Source of the DNA: Azolla caroliniana
Taxonomy: Eukaryota > Plantae > Polypodiophyta
Length of the DNA: 64,000 bases
NCBI GenBank assembly: GCA_043228905.1
Contig: JBHGNT010000003.1
Span: forward strand, 22,878,001 to 22,942,000
Direction of reading: 5' to 3'
The notes beneath the pieces are model-generated. The model did no database searches. It was not told the DNA's origin and saw nothing but the letters and a program-made list of their open reading frames with translations. Shown piece after piece: positions 1 to 13,849 of this stretch (position 1 is its first letter; each line of letters opens with the position of its first letter). The position numbers and the translations under genes are program-made.

Positions 1-733
1 ATTATATTTGACATTGCTCAAGTCTATTATGAGATCAGAGGAAAATATTTGTCTCCTTAGAGAAGGATTTGGAGCTCTTCCCAGAGTGACGGAGTGCAAT
101 AATCAAAGATACGTACTATTCTTCCTTCTAGAGATAAGGAGACAGAGAGAGGGCTTCTTGAGGGAGAAATTGATACTCGCTGATCCTCCTAGGAAGAGAA
201 TTTTGAAAGATTTCTTTCGCATGGATACTTCTAGGGACACTCCTCATGATGTACAAGAAAACATCACTGCCAAAATGGAGTCTTTACTCAGAGGAGTCAT
301 GACAACTATATGTATTTCTCTGTCGTAGACATCACTGGCACTAACCTGGAGCCACGACCTGAATGTGCATTTCCTCATAAGAACAAAACCATCATCACCC
401 TGTATTGGAGATGTCCTACTCATACCACTGACCTTTCTATATTGGATTACCTAATGCTGGTTACTCTTATAGGGCAGCAATTTCAGGTCAATTATCAGGC
501 ACCAAACCTCATTTTTGGTTATTCATGATCACATTATTCAATCAATTTAGTTTTAAGAAGCTAAAATTGGAAGACATTTTTCTTTTGTTACTTGCGATGA
601 TGTGTTCAAACAATTGTAAGGTCTCATAGGATATTATTATCTTTTAGAGACAATAATTTTCCTTCTATACTCTTTTCTATTAGAAACTTCATGTAAAATC
701 AAGATGTCATAAAGTCTTCATCGCACATTGCAG

Positions 734-3396
734 GTACCTGTTGTTGATGGATTTTCCTTTCCACACAGCACAAAGCGTATGAAGGTCGCTGGTCGCCAGA
801 TCACTTCTTACCTGATTGATCTTCTACTTCGGAGAGGGTGAGATGTTACATTTTTTTTTAGATTTATAAATTTATCAGAAAGTTATATTTGTTTACTGAG
901 TGTATGGCACTCTCCTTTTATATGGAAAGATATATTAATATTAATGTCTGTAAAAGAGCATAGTGTAAGGGTTTTATATTAATCACCAATTTATTCATTC
1001 AGACTCTTGTCTTCAGTGATTTTCCTTTCTTCTGAGCATTTTTGACATTTCTTCGTTCAGACACAAGGCAGTATTAATCCTTCTAATGGTAGTTCAAATG
1101 CAGTCAAACTATGTAGTTGTTCTTGAATTATGCTGGATAGCTTCGAAAGTGATAGAAGTTTGTTTGGCATAGTTACCTTTGCCTTATGGTCTGTAACTGG
1201 TTCTTGAACTTTTCATGATGGACTGTATGATTGTTCTGTTCATAAGCTAGTAATGTTTTCTTTTTGAGTTGCTAGCTATAAAACTCCATTTGCCATCTTT
1301 CTCTTAAAGGGTAGACTATACTTACCTTTCTTCATTTGTCTTATTCACAATGGACAGGGTTATGTGTTTTGTCCATAAATCGAGAACTTTTCTTTTGAGT
1401 TGCTAGCAGTATAAGTAGATTTCTGGAGATCTTCATTTCTTCATTTGTCTTTCTCCTTTAAAAGCATAGATTGCTTTGCTTTTATTGTATGTTTGGAAGA
1501 AGGCTAACAAGGTTATGCTTGACAGATATTCATTCAATCGCACAACTGATTTCGAGACTGTAAGAGAGATAAAAGAGCAGCTTTGTTATGTAAGGTTGTA
1601 GTTATTGAGCTTGTGATTATCCTATATATCGCTTTATTGTTGTGCAGCAGTTGTTTACTCTTCATTTTTTTAAAACTCCTTTCCAGTTTTGATTTTGACC
1701 GAGAATATCAACTTGGAGTTGAGACGACTATCCTAGTCAAGCAGTATACAGTAAGAATCGACAAAGAATTTTTCTTTGCCTTTCCTCAAACTATCTGAAA
1801 AATATCTATGACGCACACAAGTTCTATTTTATTTTATGAAGAACAGCTACCAGATGGGAGGGTGATAAAGGTTGGAGGAGAACGTTTTCAGGCTCCAGAG
1901 GCACTTTTCAATCCAGTAAGCTCTAGATTTATTGAACCTTGGTGATATCATCCATTCATATGTAGGTGTTCAAAATTCCCTTCATTGTGGTATCACATAT
2001 TATTTGCATCAAATTCTGAATTTCAAATATAACCATTCCAGCAATTTTGCATTCCATGTTCATATGTTACTTAATACAAGATAAATGGATGTCAAATTAG
2101 GTATGGATTCAAGATTTAACACATGTTTTCTTCAAGTTTATATTATTGGATAGATTCTTAATATACAGAACTGTCGAAACCTAAAATCGAAAATGAAATG
2201 AAATTCATTAAGATTGCGTTTATATTTTCAGGGAAAGCTAAACTGAAGTAAAATGATTTGTTTTTACAGGAGTTAATAGATGTTGAAGGAGAAGGATTAG
2301 CTGAAATGGCCTTTAGATGTGTTCAGGAGATGGACATAGATAATCGAATGCCTGTGAGATCCTACTCTTAAAAAAGCCTGCTGACAGCATAAGCAAGTGA
2401 TATGTCTTACAAAATTTGTCTCACGGTTTATGTTATTTATTCAGCTTTACCAGCATGTTGTTTTGAGTGGAGGAAGTACGATGTTTCCTGGATTACCCAG
2501 CAGGTGAATGTTTATTTTTGTTCTGTGTTGCAATGGATATTTGTGAATAGTCATTCATTTGTTATTGAATGTTATGAATTTAAGTAAATGTGTTTGCATG
2601 GACTGATTGTTTATTGTTATGATGTGCTGTTTGACTGTTAAACAAAGCAGGCTAGAGAAGGAAATGCGGCATCTATATCTTGAAAATGTACTCAGAGGAA
2701 ATAAACAGGGTCTGAAGGTAATTAATCACTTTTTTTGATATCATGAGATATTGGCTTTCATGTGTGAGTCCTCTTGCTTATTATTTATTTTGTTGGGTTT
2801 CATTGTAAAGATATATATGTGGAGCTATACAAAGGACCTTAAGAACTTTGAGCATTTCAAGATCCAATTCCGAGAGTTTAACACTTAATATTTATCTGTC
2901 ATGATTGTAACTTTATGATGTTGAGGTGATAATATGAATGTTATTGTTATCATGTGCTGATTGATTTTTTTATAAAAAATGTCCATTTGTAATTTGTCTG
3001 AGGGTTAAAAAGTCTTGGGCATATCCAACTTAAGTTGTAGACATGTTGATTTATAGTCATGAAGTTTTCTAAGGTTCTGAAATGTAAGATCTGTTTTTCT
3101 CTCAATAGAAGCTGAAGCTCAGGATTGAAGATCCACCACGAAGAAAGCATATGGTTTTTCTAGGAGGTTCAGTGTTGGCTGGGATAATTAAGGTGTTTTG
3201 TTTGTCCGCATATTTTTTGGCATCATTTCACAATCTATTTAATTTAAGCTTCCTTTTGCACAACCAAGCAAAAATGATAGTTAAAGAATAAAACTATATC
3301 TCTCTCCGCCTGCAGAATGCACCGGAATTGTGGATCAGTAGAAAAGAGTACGAAGAAGAAGGGTTCCAGTGCCTTGAAAAATTTGGACAATCTTAA
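734..3396 (+). CDS. ARP2: Actin-related protein 2, 3' part. Nine coding exons: 734-837, 1526-1594, 1687-1750, 1847-1915, 2270-2353, 2445-2503, 2651-2717, 3109-3192, 3316-3396. The 5' exons lie upstream of the window.
   Basis: Manual splicing at GT..AG sites gives one open frame: [154 protein letters not shown]...[54 protein letters not shown]. The [11 protein letters not shown] motif and the sequence overall match plant ARP2 rather than actin. Confidence 0.96.
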
Positions 3397-4056
3397 GTAT
3401 TATTTGAGGTATCAATGGATTTGAAAGATTTGTCCATTTGGGATACCATGCATATATTGAAAATACAGAGCTTTGTTTTGTACAATTATTAGACTTGCTA
3501 GGAAAGGCAATGATTTTGTCTTCAATCCTTGGGTTGTGGAAAGTGAAATTTGTTAAATCATTTACGGTGAGACAATTGTAGACAGTGGGCTTTTTGGACT
3601 ATTGCAAACTATTTAAAGCTCGTGTTTTGTTCATAACCTTCAGGATGTGGGTGCAATCCCCACTACGTGCATCATGGTATGGACATCATCCGTCCACATG
3701 CCATCTTTTATTTTAAGGATAAGCAACTTCTCCTGAGGAGTCTCTATGGGCTGAATATTCTATATCCTACATGCATGCCCTTGGGATATTCATAAGCATC
3801 GTATATGCAATGACCTTAGCTCTGCACTTTATTTTGTCTTTCTAAATTCTTCTTCTTGTGTTAGGCCCACAAAGTTCATTTCGAGTTCTCTTTAGGGTTT
3901 CTGGAGCATTCTTCCAACAAACACTCAAATGAAGCACAACAGTCTAAAGAGCTAAAATGCTATGGAGAAGTAAAGTTAACATAGGAGAAAAAACATCACA
4001 CCAAGTGTACTTGAAGATGAACATAGCTGTAAGAAAATGCAGGTGCATGATAACAT

Positions 4057-4247
4057 TGAATACATGAACTTTAATTATTGCATGTAAATATTGTATAAGA
4101 GATCTAAAATAAGACCTAGTGAATGCGCGAAATTAACCATTGCGTGCAAATGTTGTATAAGAGATCTAAAGGAGAAATCCTAGTAAATACATGAACTTGA
4201 ATCATTGCATGTAGATATTGTATTAGAGAAACCTAGAACAGAAAACC
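4057..4247. repeat. Diverged minisatellite, three units of about 63 bp
   Basis: The core attgcatgtaaatattgtataagagatctaaa...cctagt recurs three times with substitutions. Confidence 0.7.
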
Positions 4248-5443
4248 ATGTTGAACTATTCCAAATCTAGGTTTTAATGTACTATATGGCTTGTTCTCCA
4301 ATGAATTCCAATGATTGGTAAAAGGTGTTCAAAGATGGAAAAGGTTTCAAGTGTACTGCATAAGTATTCGTTATTGTTGAGTAACAAACAAAGGCAGTCT
4401 TTGTGTTAGTAATAATAAACAAAAGTGGTTATTGTTAAGGTGCATTTTTTTTAATTCGAGAGTTATTGTTTATATTAATAGGTGAGGGGGTCCAACTATT
4501 ACTTAGGATTCACCATCTTGTGTCAAGACAACATGTTTTACAAAAGATATCATCAAGAAGACTCTCATTTACTGTCCCTTAAATATATCGTTCCCTAGTC
4601 CACATTGCTCTCCATATTCTCTTGCATAATTAACTCTACATGTATGTTCTTTTTATTGACCTCTAGCATGACCTCACACGTCATATATTTGCATAGATAT
4701 GGAGATGATCCATCCCATGATTCAACTTTATCCTTGTTGATCATGATTAATATAGTGCTCATTGCTAATACCTCATACCTCATGAATCCATATTACAACT
4801 TCAATCATTTCTTTCATAGGGTTCTTGATCCATTACGTACTAGAGGCATCTAAAATGATATGTAGCACCTCTTCAATATATGTTGGAATTCATGGAGTTT
4901 GTGAACATACAAGATACAAGTAATTCACATGGTGGCTTATTTGGTGTGGGTTTTCTTGTTGTTGGATGGTTGTGCTACAATAGGAAAGAGATATAAAGGA
5001 TTATATTAATTCATTGTCAAAAGTTTAGGGTTAACTTGTTGGCCATGAAAGTTGAAACAATATTGTTTTCTAGGGTTGCATGACTTAATCCTCTTATGTA
5101 CTAATTAATGTTCGATTTATGCGCTAAGGAATTCTTGCATAACTCCAAGAATATAAATGCCCTAGGTAACTAGTGAGCATTGATGGTGAATGGAGTGCAA
5201 TGCCATGCAAGATACATTTCCTAGGAAAACCTTAACCATAGTGTGCCTTCATTTGTCCTTAAGACTTATAGATATTTGCTAAATTTGTGACCATTTTATT
5301 TTAAAGAAGTTAAAACCATAGATAAAGAAAATAAACTTTTGTATGTATAATGTTATATCACCCTAGGGGGAGTGGTCTATTCTACCATAGTGTGTTTATG
5401 TTTCGCAGCTAAGAATATTATTATTTGTGCAACTTTACTAGGG

Positions 5444-5641
5444 ATATATATACATATACATATATATACATATATATACATATACATATATATACATATA
5501 TATACATATACATATATATACATATATATACATATACATATATATACATATATATACATATACATATATATACATATATATACATATACATATATATACA
5601 TATACATATATATACATATATATACATATATATATATATAT

Positions 5642-5672
<31 letters not shown>
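5444..5672. repeat. Compound (TA)/(TATACA) microsatellite
   Basis: Visible directly. It accounts for the YIYIH-type ORFs on both strands. Confidence 0.97.
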
Positions 5673-5678
<6 letters not shown>

Positions 5679-8600
5679 AGAATAGGGATTCGGTAGACGT
5701 GGACTAAGTCTACACTAGAGAGATACATGTCTCGATTCTTATTGTTTTTCATGATTTAAAAGTTCAAGAAGCCAACATTTGTTTGTTAGTTTATTCAAAT
5801 AAAATGAAAAATGTGTTTTCTTTTACAACACCATTGGAATTCTTTCCATTGCTCTTGGAACACAATATGACAACTTCCAACACACATGGAAGGGTTTCGT
5901 CAAATCTTTGTTTTATTTCCAATATAACTTTATGAGGACTTACAATTTTCCCTATGCATTGAATGAGGTCTGATTATAAAATACACAAGCAACATTCAAT
6001 TCCAACATTATTTTATGACAGGTGGTAGATAAAATTACACAGACAAGCATGCATTTCTGAAATATTAAATTATAGAAAGATGAGTGAGCAAATGAAGCCC
6101 AAATGCATGGAGAATAAAGAGACTAGAGAGTAGTTAAAAGGTGCACAAGTATCATGGAGATACATCGGAAACTACAAGGTATGATCTTATAACTATATAT
6201 GAGTGATGGGAATTTGTGCAGAAGGGTCCTCATGCACTGAAGAGAAAGATGTACTTGGGGATGTAAAGAGCTTGGGAATTTAACTTAGGACGTGCAAAGA
6301 AAATGGCATCGGGATGTCCATTACTAAAGACTCAAAATTGAAACCTTAAACATACTTTTAAAGAGATATGGTCGAATGAAACTTTTAAAGGAGAAGAGCT
6401 TTGAAATGATGGTCAATTATGGTAAAAAAATGCGAGAATGGGAAATTGTTGAGAAACCATCAATTGCGTGCGTGTCTTCTCTCGATTTATTAAGAAGTGT
6501 TGGGGCTACATAGAAATCAATGTGGGATACGTATTATCAATTGAAAGTTATGTGCTACCTTGAGTTTTTGATGTAGGTTACTCAAACTTTGAGGCCAATT
6601 GCACATAATTCAATGTTGAAGGTTTGATTAATTGTCAACCACACGTGAACGTGATAAGGACCATGAGGATCTAGGATAACCCAACAACATAATGAAAGGG
6701 TAGCATCTTAATTCTTTTGGATTAGCTTAATAAATGTGCACAAATTGGTGTTTAAAAATGAGTAGAGTTTGCACTGTCAAGTCTCAAAATTTCCCCAATT
6801 CTAACACACATATTTAAACTTTGATGTTTTGGGCATCTATCACAAATGATATGTGCTACCTCACTTGTGTGTGTGTGTGTGTGTGTGTTTTTGGGGGGTG
6901 GGGGAGGGGTAACGGTCACATGCTGAAAAAGAGAAAATGGACTTCCTATTATTGTTGCAACTAATTACTCAATTCCATCTCATGTTTGCATGTCCAGACT
7001 AGTCAAGTAAATCCTATAGCTTTAGAATTTGGAATTTGATTATGGTAAATTTATCTTCACAATGCTACGATGCCTACACATGGCTTTAACTATACACATA
7101 ACAAGAAACCATATCCACTTAACAAATTTAAGTGAAACAACAAGATAGCTCGATACTAGGATGGCTTTTCTGTTTCCAAGAAATCATTTGAAAAGTTTAC
7201 TAGATTTTGAAAGGAGAAATATGCAAAAAGATGCACAAGGTAAAATCCATGGCGTAGAGTTGCAAGAACCCAATAATTTAATGCAATATCACACATAGAT
7301 TTAAGAAAAGTATATTGCATAAAGATGCCTTCTATAAATTGGTCACAATACTTATTCTACTTTTGCCTATGGTCATAACGTTCAAAATTCAAGGTCAAAG
7401 AATTATATGCACAATGTGACCATACAAGAATGCAAATAATCCCATTATTACTCTCTATGGAACTTACAAACCGATGTTCTCACACACAAGTCCAATGAGT
7501 TATATGCACAACGTGACCATACAATAAAACAAATTATCCACAATGCAAATTATTCTATGAGTAGTCTCTTTACACTTTTACACTCTTTACTTTGAGTGCT
7601 TCTAAGCTCTTTAGTGTCTAATCTATACTTGTATATTTCTCTTTATTCTTTGTGGGTTTTCACCTCACTTTGAGGTTTCCCACTAGTAATAAAAGTGTTA
7701 CTAAAAACAAACTATGATTAGTTCTCTTGGAGGTTAACAACCAATGTGCTCATAGAGAATATGAATCTTTGTTAGGTTTTTCATACCCAAGAAAACATAG
7801 ACAAGTGTGAAATGAGATCTTGACAACAATAGTGGGCAGGGTGTTAGACTATATAATTTTCATACAATGTAAAATGACATTACATTAAAGTTATCATATC
7901 ATTCAGATTTCTAAACTACACATGCATAGATGTATGTATAAACTAATGAGGTTTATGCATGTGTGTGCACTATAGTGTATTTAATGTATGGGCAAAATAT
8001 ATGAGGACAAATGATTCAATTGTTGTAACTTTCCAAAATATATAGTGAATGACAAATGATTCAATCGTTGTCCAAAATATATAATGACAAATGAGTCAAA
8101 CAAATCTATATCACAACGAACAATCTTTGAAGCTAATTGTGAAAGACAAATGATGACTTGTTAACAAAAGCCCACTTTTCTACCAAGCTAGTTATTAATT
8201 ATGTAGTGAATGGAGATTTTGATTCAATATTCCCTTAGGCTATAAGTATTCATTAAGCTATGAAGAACATCCAATAGAAGGAAATGTGTCCGTTTCGTGT
8301 GTTTAATAATGCATGATTATTATTTCCATGATCATATGTTGACGATATTGATGAGAATATTTCATGTAATCATGCAATGGTAGTATCATGGATACTTAGT
8401 GCATCTTCTTGTAGAAGACACACCCTAGCATGGGTGATGTATTAATTGGGTATGATCAACTCATCTGTAAATTCATGAGTCTAAACAATAAAGTACAAGT
8501 TCAATTTCGATAAGACAAGGACTTGAAATAGCATAAGCATACATGTTAGGCAAATAGAGGGGTCTAAAAATCGAAACCTCTTACGTCGAGCTTCTATATT

Positions 8601-9958
8601 TAAAATGGTTTGTACATATTTAAAATGGACTACCTCTAGATTTCCTTTCATGTTTGGCAATAGGAGACAACAAACACTGAAATGGGGTGGGCGCATAGAA
8701 TGGCATTGTCCTATGAACTGAATGTAAAGTAAAAAGCTTGACTCTAAAGTCAAGCTGATTAGACAATCTTTCATTCATGATACGTGACAACCTTATACAC
8801 AATCATGGACAATTATTCCAGGTACTACGAACCACGAAGTCCGTTTCAATACTATTTCAAGTACACCGTCAATGTTTAGTTTAAGAAAGGGCCACAAGGG
8901 TTGTATGTATGAAGTAAGTATCTTAACGCATGCAATTTCACATATGAGCAAACAGAAGTACCATGGGAGCAGACATGTCGTGACACATTGGGAAAGGACC
9001 AAGTCGATGGGGCTAGGTCATATCAAAAACTATGTTTTAATCTTAAGGACTTATAGACTGTATGAGGAATTTTATTGGTAGTTATCCTAGGGTTTCCTAA
9101 TAATTGGGATCACTAAATATATTGTTACAATGTTATGGTGGGAGGGTTGTCCAGGCACATAATTGGTATATCATGTCTAAAAACAAAGTTTATTATTATT
9201 ATTATAGTTACATAATGTTTTTGTTTTCCCAAAAAAATAACATAATGTTTTACTATAATATTTTGATAGATTACTATTCAAAAGGACAACAAAAAATTTG
9301 CCCAATTCTATTATTCAATTAAACAAAAAACAAATAGAATTCAAAGGAAATGAAAACAAAAGATAAATAAGAAACAACTTTAATGAAAAAGCAATAAGAA
9401 AATAAGAAATTTAAAAAATATATAAATACATACAACATATGCATTCTTCACTTTCTTTCTTCCATTCCTAATTTCCCCCCCAATACTTTCTCTCTTTCTT
9501 AATTAGAGTTAGTACGAGCTTTTGAGAGGTCTAATTAATTCAATCTGTACCAACTAATTTTAATTCATTCTCTTAAAACCATCACCATTGGCTAAATAAA
9601 AAGGCAAGTTGATTCTTTACAACATTTCTGAGTAGAATTCACGGCGATTGATCGTAAATTTGGAACTATAACATGTGTTTAGTAAGAATTAATCATTTCA
9701 TTCCTATCGTATATCATTACAGGAGAAATGTTTAAATAAAGATTATAATTTTGTGATTAAGCAAATAATCCCATTCCTATAGGTCATTCCTTATCAGACA
9801 TGCTCAATATATCATTCATTGCTAGTTCATTCACGGGCAATTAATTCTAACGATTATAATAATTTCTGCATGTGAGTAATGACATTGAATTAATCATGCT
9901 GGAGGCTAGCATTTGCAGGGGAATTTTAAGAAATCCATTCAAATAATTTACCATCATC

Positions 9959-12840
9959 ATGAGTTGCAACGGATGCCGAGTGTTGCGCAAAGGTTGTGGC
10001 GAAGGATGCGTGCTGCGCCCGTGCCTGCAGTGGATCGAGTCCCCCGAGTCCCAGGGCTACGCCACTCTCTTCGTCGCCAAATTCTTCGGGCGGGCCGGAC
10101 TCATGGAGTTCATCAGTGGTGTCCCCGAGACCGAAAGAACAGGTATATATATATATCTATCTATATACACATCTCAAGCCTAGAATTATTTGCAAGTTTA
10201 GCATGGAATCACAACATCTTTTTGAATCAATGCATTTCAAACTATAATTTGATCCATTGCTCTTGATTGCCAATGGTCTGAGAGTGTGCAAGTTAATTCC
10301 CTCCCTCCTAATATTAGGGAACCAGTTATAAGTGTACAATTTCTTATATTGTTTAGATTAGGGCAACACTTTGAGAACATAATTAAGATACAAATCACAT
10401 AGGTCCAATGGTATGGTATGCTAGATAGACGTTGGAAACCCCTGGGCCATAAGTTATAACCATGGGGCACATGAAATGTCCCCCCATTAATGAAGAGACA
10501 TTACCATGGGCCACATGAAATGTCCTCCCCATTAATGTAGCCCATGCCGAGGTCACAATTTAGGGTTTGCCTTACGGCTTTGCAAGGAGTGTGGGTCGAT
10601 ATACCGCTCGAATATGGAGCATGTCCACTCTTGATAGCAATGGCCCCCCCCCAAACCCATTACTATCGTAGATGTAACCAGGACTTCCCGCACTCCTTGT
10701 TGGCCGTAAGGCACTAATGCTAAAAGGGCCACATGAAATGTCCTCCCCATTAATGTAGCCCATGCCGAGGTCTTGCGCCTACTTATAATATGCAATTCGA
10801 TGACATTATACTGTTGTGACCGGCCACGATCCTCCGTGATTGATCATCATGTAAATTACGGTCTTGCGCCGACTTATATGCAATTCGATGACATTATACT
10901 GTTGTGACCGGCCACGATCCTCCATGATTGATCATCATGTAAATTAAGGTCTGGGTAGTGCGATACCAATGTTAGAGAAGAGGTAATTAAAAGAATTATG
11001 GTAGAAAAGGATATATTCCAACAAAAGATGAAGCTATGTTGTAATCAGATCATTAATACAAATAGGAGCTTTTTTTTAAAGATTTATACATTACCCCTTT
11101 TTTTTGTATCCTGAAAGTTTCTAAAACTAGAGTTTTTGTAAAGTAGATTTTCTAGAATTAGACACTTCTTCTACACCATAGATCTTCTTGCAGCACTTTG
11201 ACACTAGTCTCCAGACATTGGATATCATGGCTTGACAATTGATTTGTGATATTATTGGTGATACACCAATTCTAGATATTGCAGGAATCAGCGTTGGTAC
11301 AATGTCAATGATCACAAAGCACACTCTATGCTATACAATATATATATATATATAATATATACAATGTACCAACAGATTGATAAAATCGTGAGAATTCATC
11401 GTCGTGAAGCCCATATATTGAAAACAGAGCACTTAAGAAGCTGCATGATTCCGATACTCTGCGAAACATTAGATGGTCGCAGAAACATTAGATGGTAGGG
11501 ATATACAGGATCGAATAATGATGAGTTTGATTAATTATAGATTGTAAATTTTTGGAAGAATTATGATGAGTTTTTATGAATTATAGCTAATGATTTTTGT
11601 AGAGATAATGTTGACTAATGGAATAATTGAATCTGAGAGAGTGTGTGTGGATGATGATGATGATGCAGCTCTGTTTCAGTCACTTCTGTATGAAGCTTGT
11701 GGGAGGACAGTGGACCCTGTCTATGGAGCAGTGGGCCTCTTATGGGCGGGCAAATGGCACCTCTGCCAAGAGGCTGTCCAAAGAGTGCTCACAACTGGAG
11801 GCATCAATCCTCCCAATACCCATCATTCTGCCTCTAATCCTCATCCTCATAATCTGCATCCCCATCCCAAACTGATGATTAGCATGAAAAGGAACAATAT
11901 ATTCAGCCATAATCCCAACCACGCTGCCATTAACAGCCCTAATCATGCCCTTCCTGACGCTAATCTCACCCCTAATCACAGCCTCAACTGCAGCGATGCG
12001 ATCCGGAAGAGCATGCTACCCCCTCGCATCTTGCAGATGCCTCCTCCTCCATTTGCCCAGCCCTCACCTTCCTTCGCCCACAGATCAAATGTATTTCTTA
12101 TGGGCCGCGCGGCTAATGATGATGGCGATGGTCACAAGATGAATACAATCCAAGGATTGGTTCATGAAGCTCCAAATCATGCAACCCAATGTCATCATCA
12201 TGTTCATGATCATGATAAGAAGGTGATGATACTGCCTAATCCTGACCCTAACCCTAACCCTAACCCTAACCCTAACCCTAACTGTAATCCTAATCCTAAT
12301 CCGAATCATGATAAGTGCATACACCACCCCTTACTGGATATTCATAATCCTAATAGCACTCTGTGTAAAAGGCTAAAACTCCTCCAATCTGAAGATCATC
12401 CTGCACTCAATCTCAACATGCAGGTTATGCTTACTCATCACAATGATAATGATGATGATAATAACACTCTTACTAATCATCATCATCATCATCATCATCA
12501 TCATAACAATAGGATTTACAATGATAACAATCAGCTAGCTGGCCCAGCTAATTATGTAGCAACCGATTACAAGTGTTCCTCATCAATTCATATTAGTAGT
12601 GGGTTAGGGCGGGTGGATCAAACTAACACTAATTTCAACAATCATATTGCTTCTGGTACTAAGGATAATCAAGAGGAGATCAAAATAGAATTAGATTTGA
12701 CATTGAATTCATCATCATCATCATCATCAAATTCATCGTCATCATGCCATGATCATGATCATGATCATGATCATAAGTTCTCCTTATCTCTCTCATCAAC
12801 CCAGTTAACCTCCGTTAAGCTCCTCAACCTTTTGGTTTAA
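9959..12840 (+). CDS. Class II LOB-domain (LBD37-42-like) transcription factor. Exons 9959-10142 and 11669-12840, 451 aa.
   Basis: Starts [13 protein letters not shown]...[30 protein letters not shown] (CX2CX6CX3C block). A phase-1 GT..AG intron joins it to [41 protein letters not shown]. The C-terminus has an EAR-like LDLTL and KLLNLL, typical of class II LBDs. Confidence 0.95.
10463..10952. repeat. Local direct repeats inside the LBD intron
   Basis: gggccacatgaaatgtcctccccattaatg occurs at about 10465, 10508 and 10727. A tandem pair of about 90 bp lies at 10770-10860 and 10861-10950. Confidence 0.85.
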
Positions 12841-13849
12841 CACCGTGTGAATCATAGGGGGGTAGGTAATTTGCATGAGTACTGACACCTGTGATCATTA
12901 ATTAATCCCATTTATAGCTTCTTAGTAATTCTAATTGTGGGTTAATTAGTCATAGACTTATAGCTATGCAGTTCTTATGATGATACTAAATTAATTAGCA
13001 GTCTTTAACCATTTCATGAGTTCATTGTATTAATATATAGTTTAGCCTTTCAATGGTTTTCACTACAACTAGCAGCATTAGATTCATCATATTTTAAGAA
13101 CAACTGTAATGAGATATATTAATTAAAATGCCTTAGCTGCATTAAACAATGAACCCAGTTAGCTCTTTAATGGCTCATTAATTACTCTCTTGCCTCTCTG
13201 CATACAAATTGCTGCAATGAGATATAGACCAGCTTTAATGCTTTTTTTTTGGTAATGTAAAAGCCAGTCCAGATTTCCAACAAGCTTTTGTTTTCACAAT
13301 TAAATCATTATTACTTTTGCTACTTAAGATCGACTATTAGCAATATTGAGATGATACATTAAACACAAATAAGACCCAGGATCTTTTGCTGTCGCATAGT
13401 ATTGCACTCCATTATGTCTCCTTCATTATCACAATCTCATTTCATTTTTTATAATGCAAAGTACTCATTTTCCTTTCATTGCATTGCAAATTAGAGGGGC
13501 ACTGCTATATGCACCGAGGGGCGTAATGCCTTCATGTTAATTATATAGTTAAATTCTTGATATCACAGCTTTTCTGTTTACCTGGGAATTTGAATGAGAC
13601 ACTATTTATATAATCAAACCATACATTTTTTCTAACCTAAATTTGGAGTGAATTGTGGGGTCTTTTAAGCATTTCACTTGTTTTGGGAATATGTTGATGT
13701 GAGGAAGATCAAAGGAGAGCAGATGATATGGAATACTACCAAAATAAAAGAAACATACATGCATAAAATCATACAAAATACGCTCACAATTGTACCTAGC
13801 TAGAGGTAGATGGAGAGAATCTATCCTTGTTCCACCCCTAAGGTTTTGC

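Noticed and set aside
5372-5752. Five ORFs with YIYIH-type repeats
   Set aside because: Artefacts of a TA/TATACA microsatellite that lacks stop codons.
5800-9100. Possible decayed TE or gene remnants, including ORFs at 8481-9081
   Set aside because: No recognisable motif or consistent exon structure, so no call can be supported.
10463-10772. CRISPR-like repeat-spacer array
   Set aside because: Only three irregularly spaced repeats in a eukaryotic intron, with no cas genes.
11590-11668. N-terminus of the 416-aa ORF as the true gene start
   Set aside because: LOB homology begins at 11669 after an AG and is completed by exon 1 at 9959-10142.
12246-12281. (CCCTAA)6 as an interstitial telomere
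   Set aside because: It lies in frame within the LBD exon, encodes Pro-Asn repeats and grades into synonymous CCTAAT units. A coding microsatellite is the simpler explanation.
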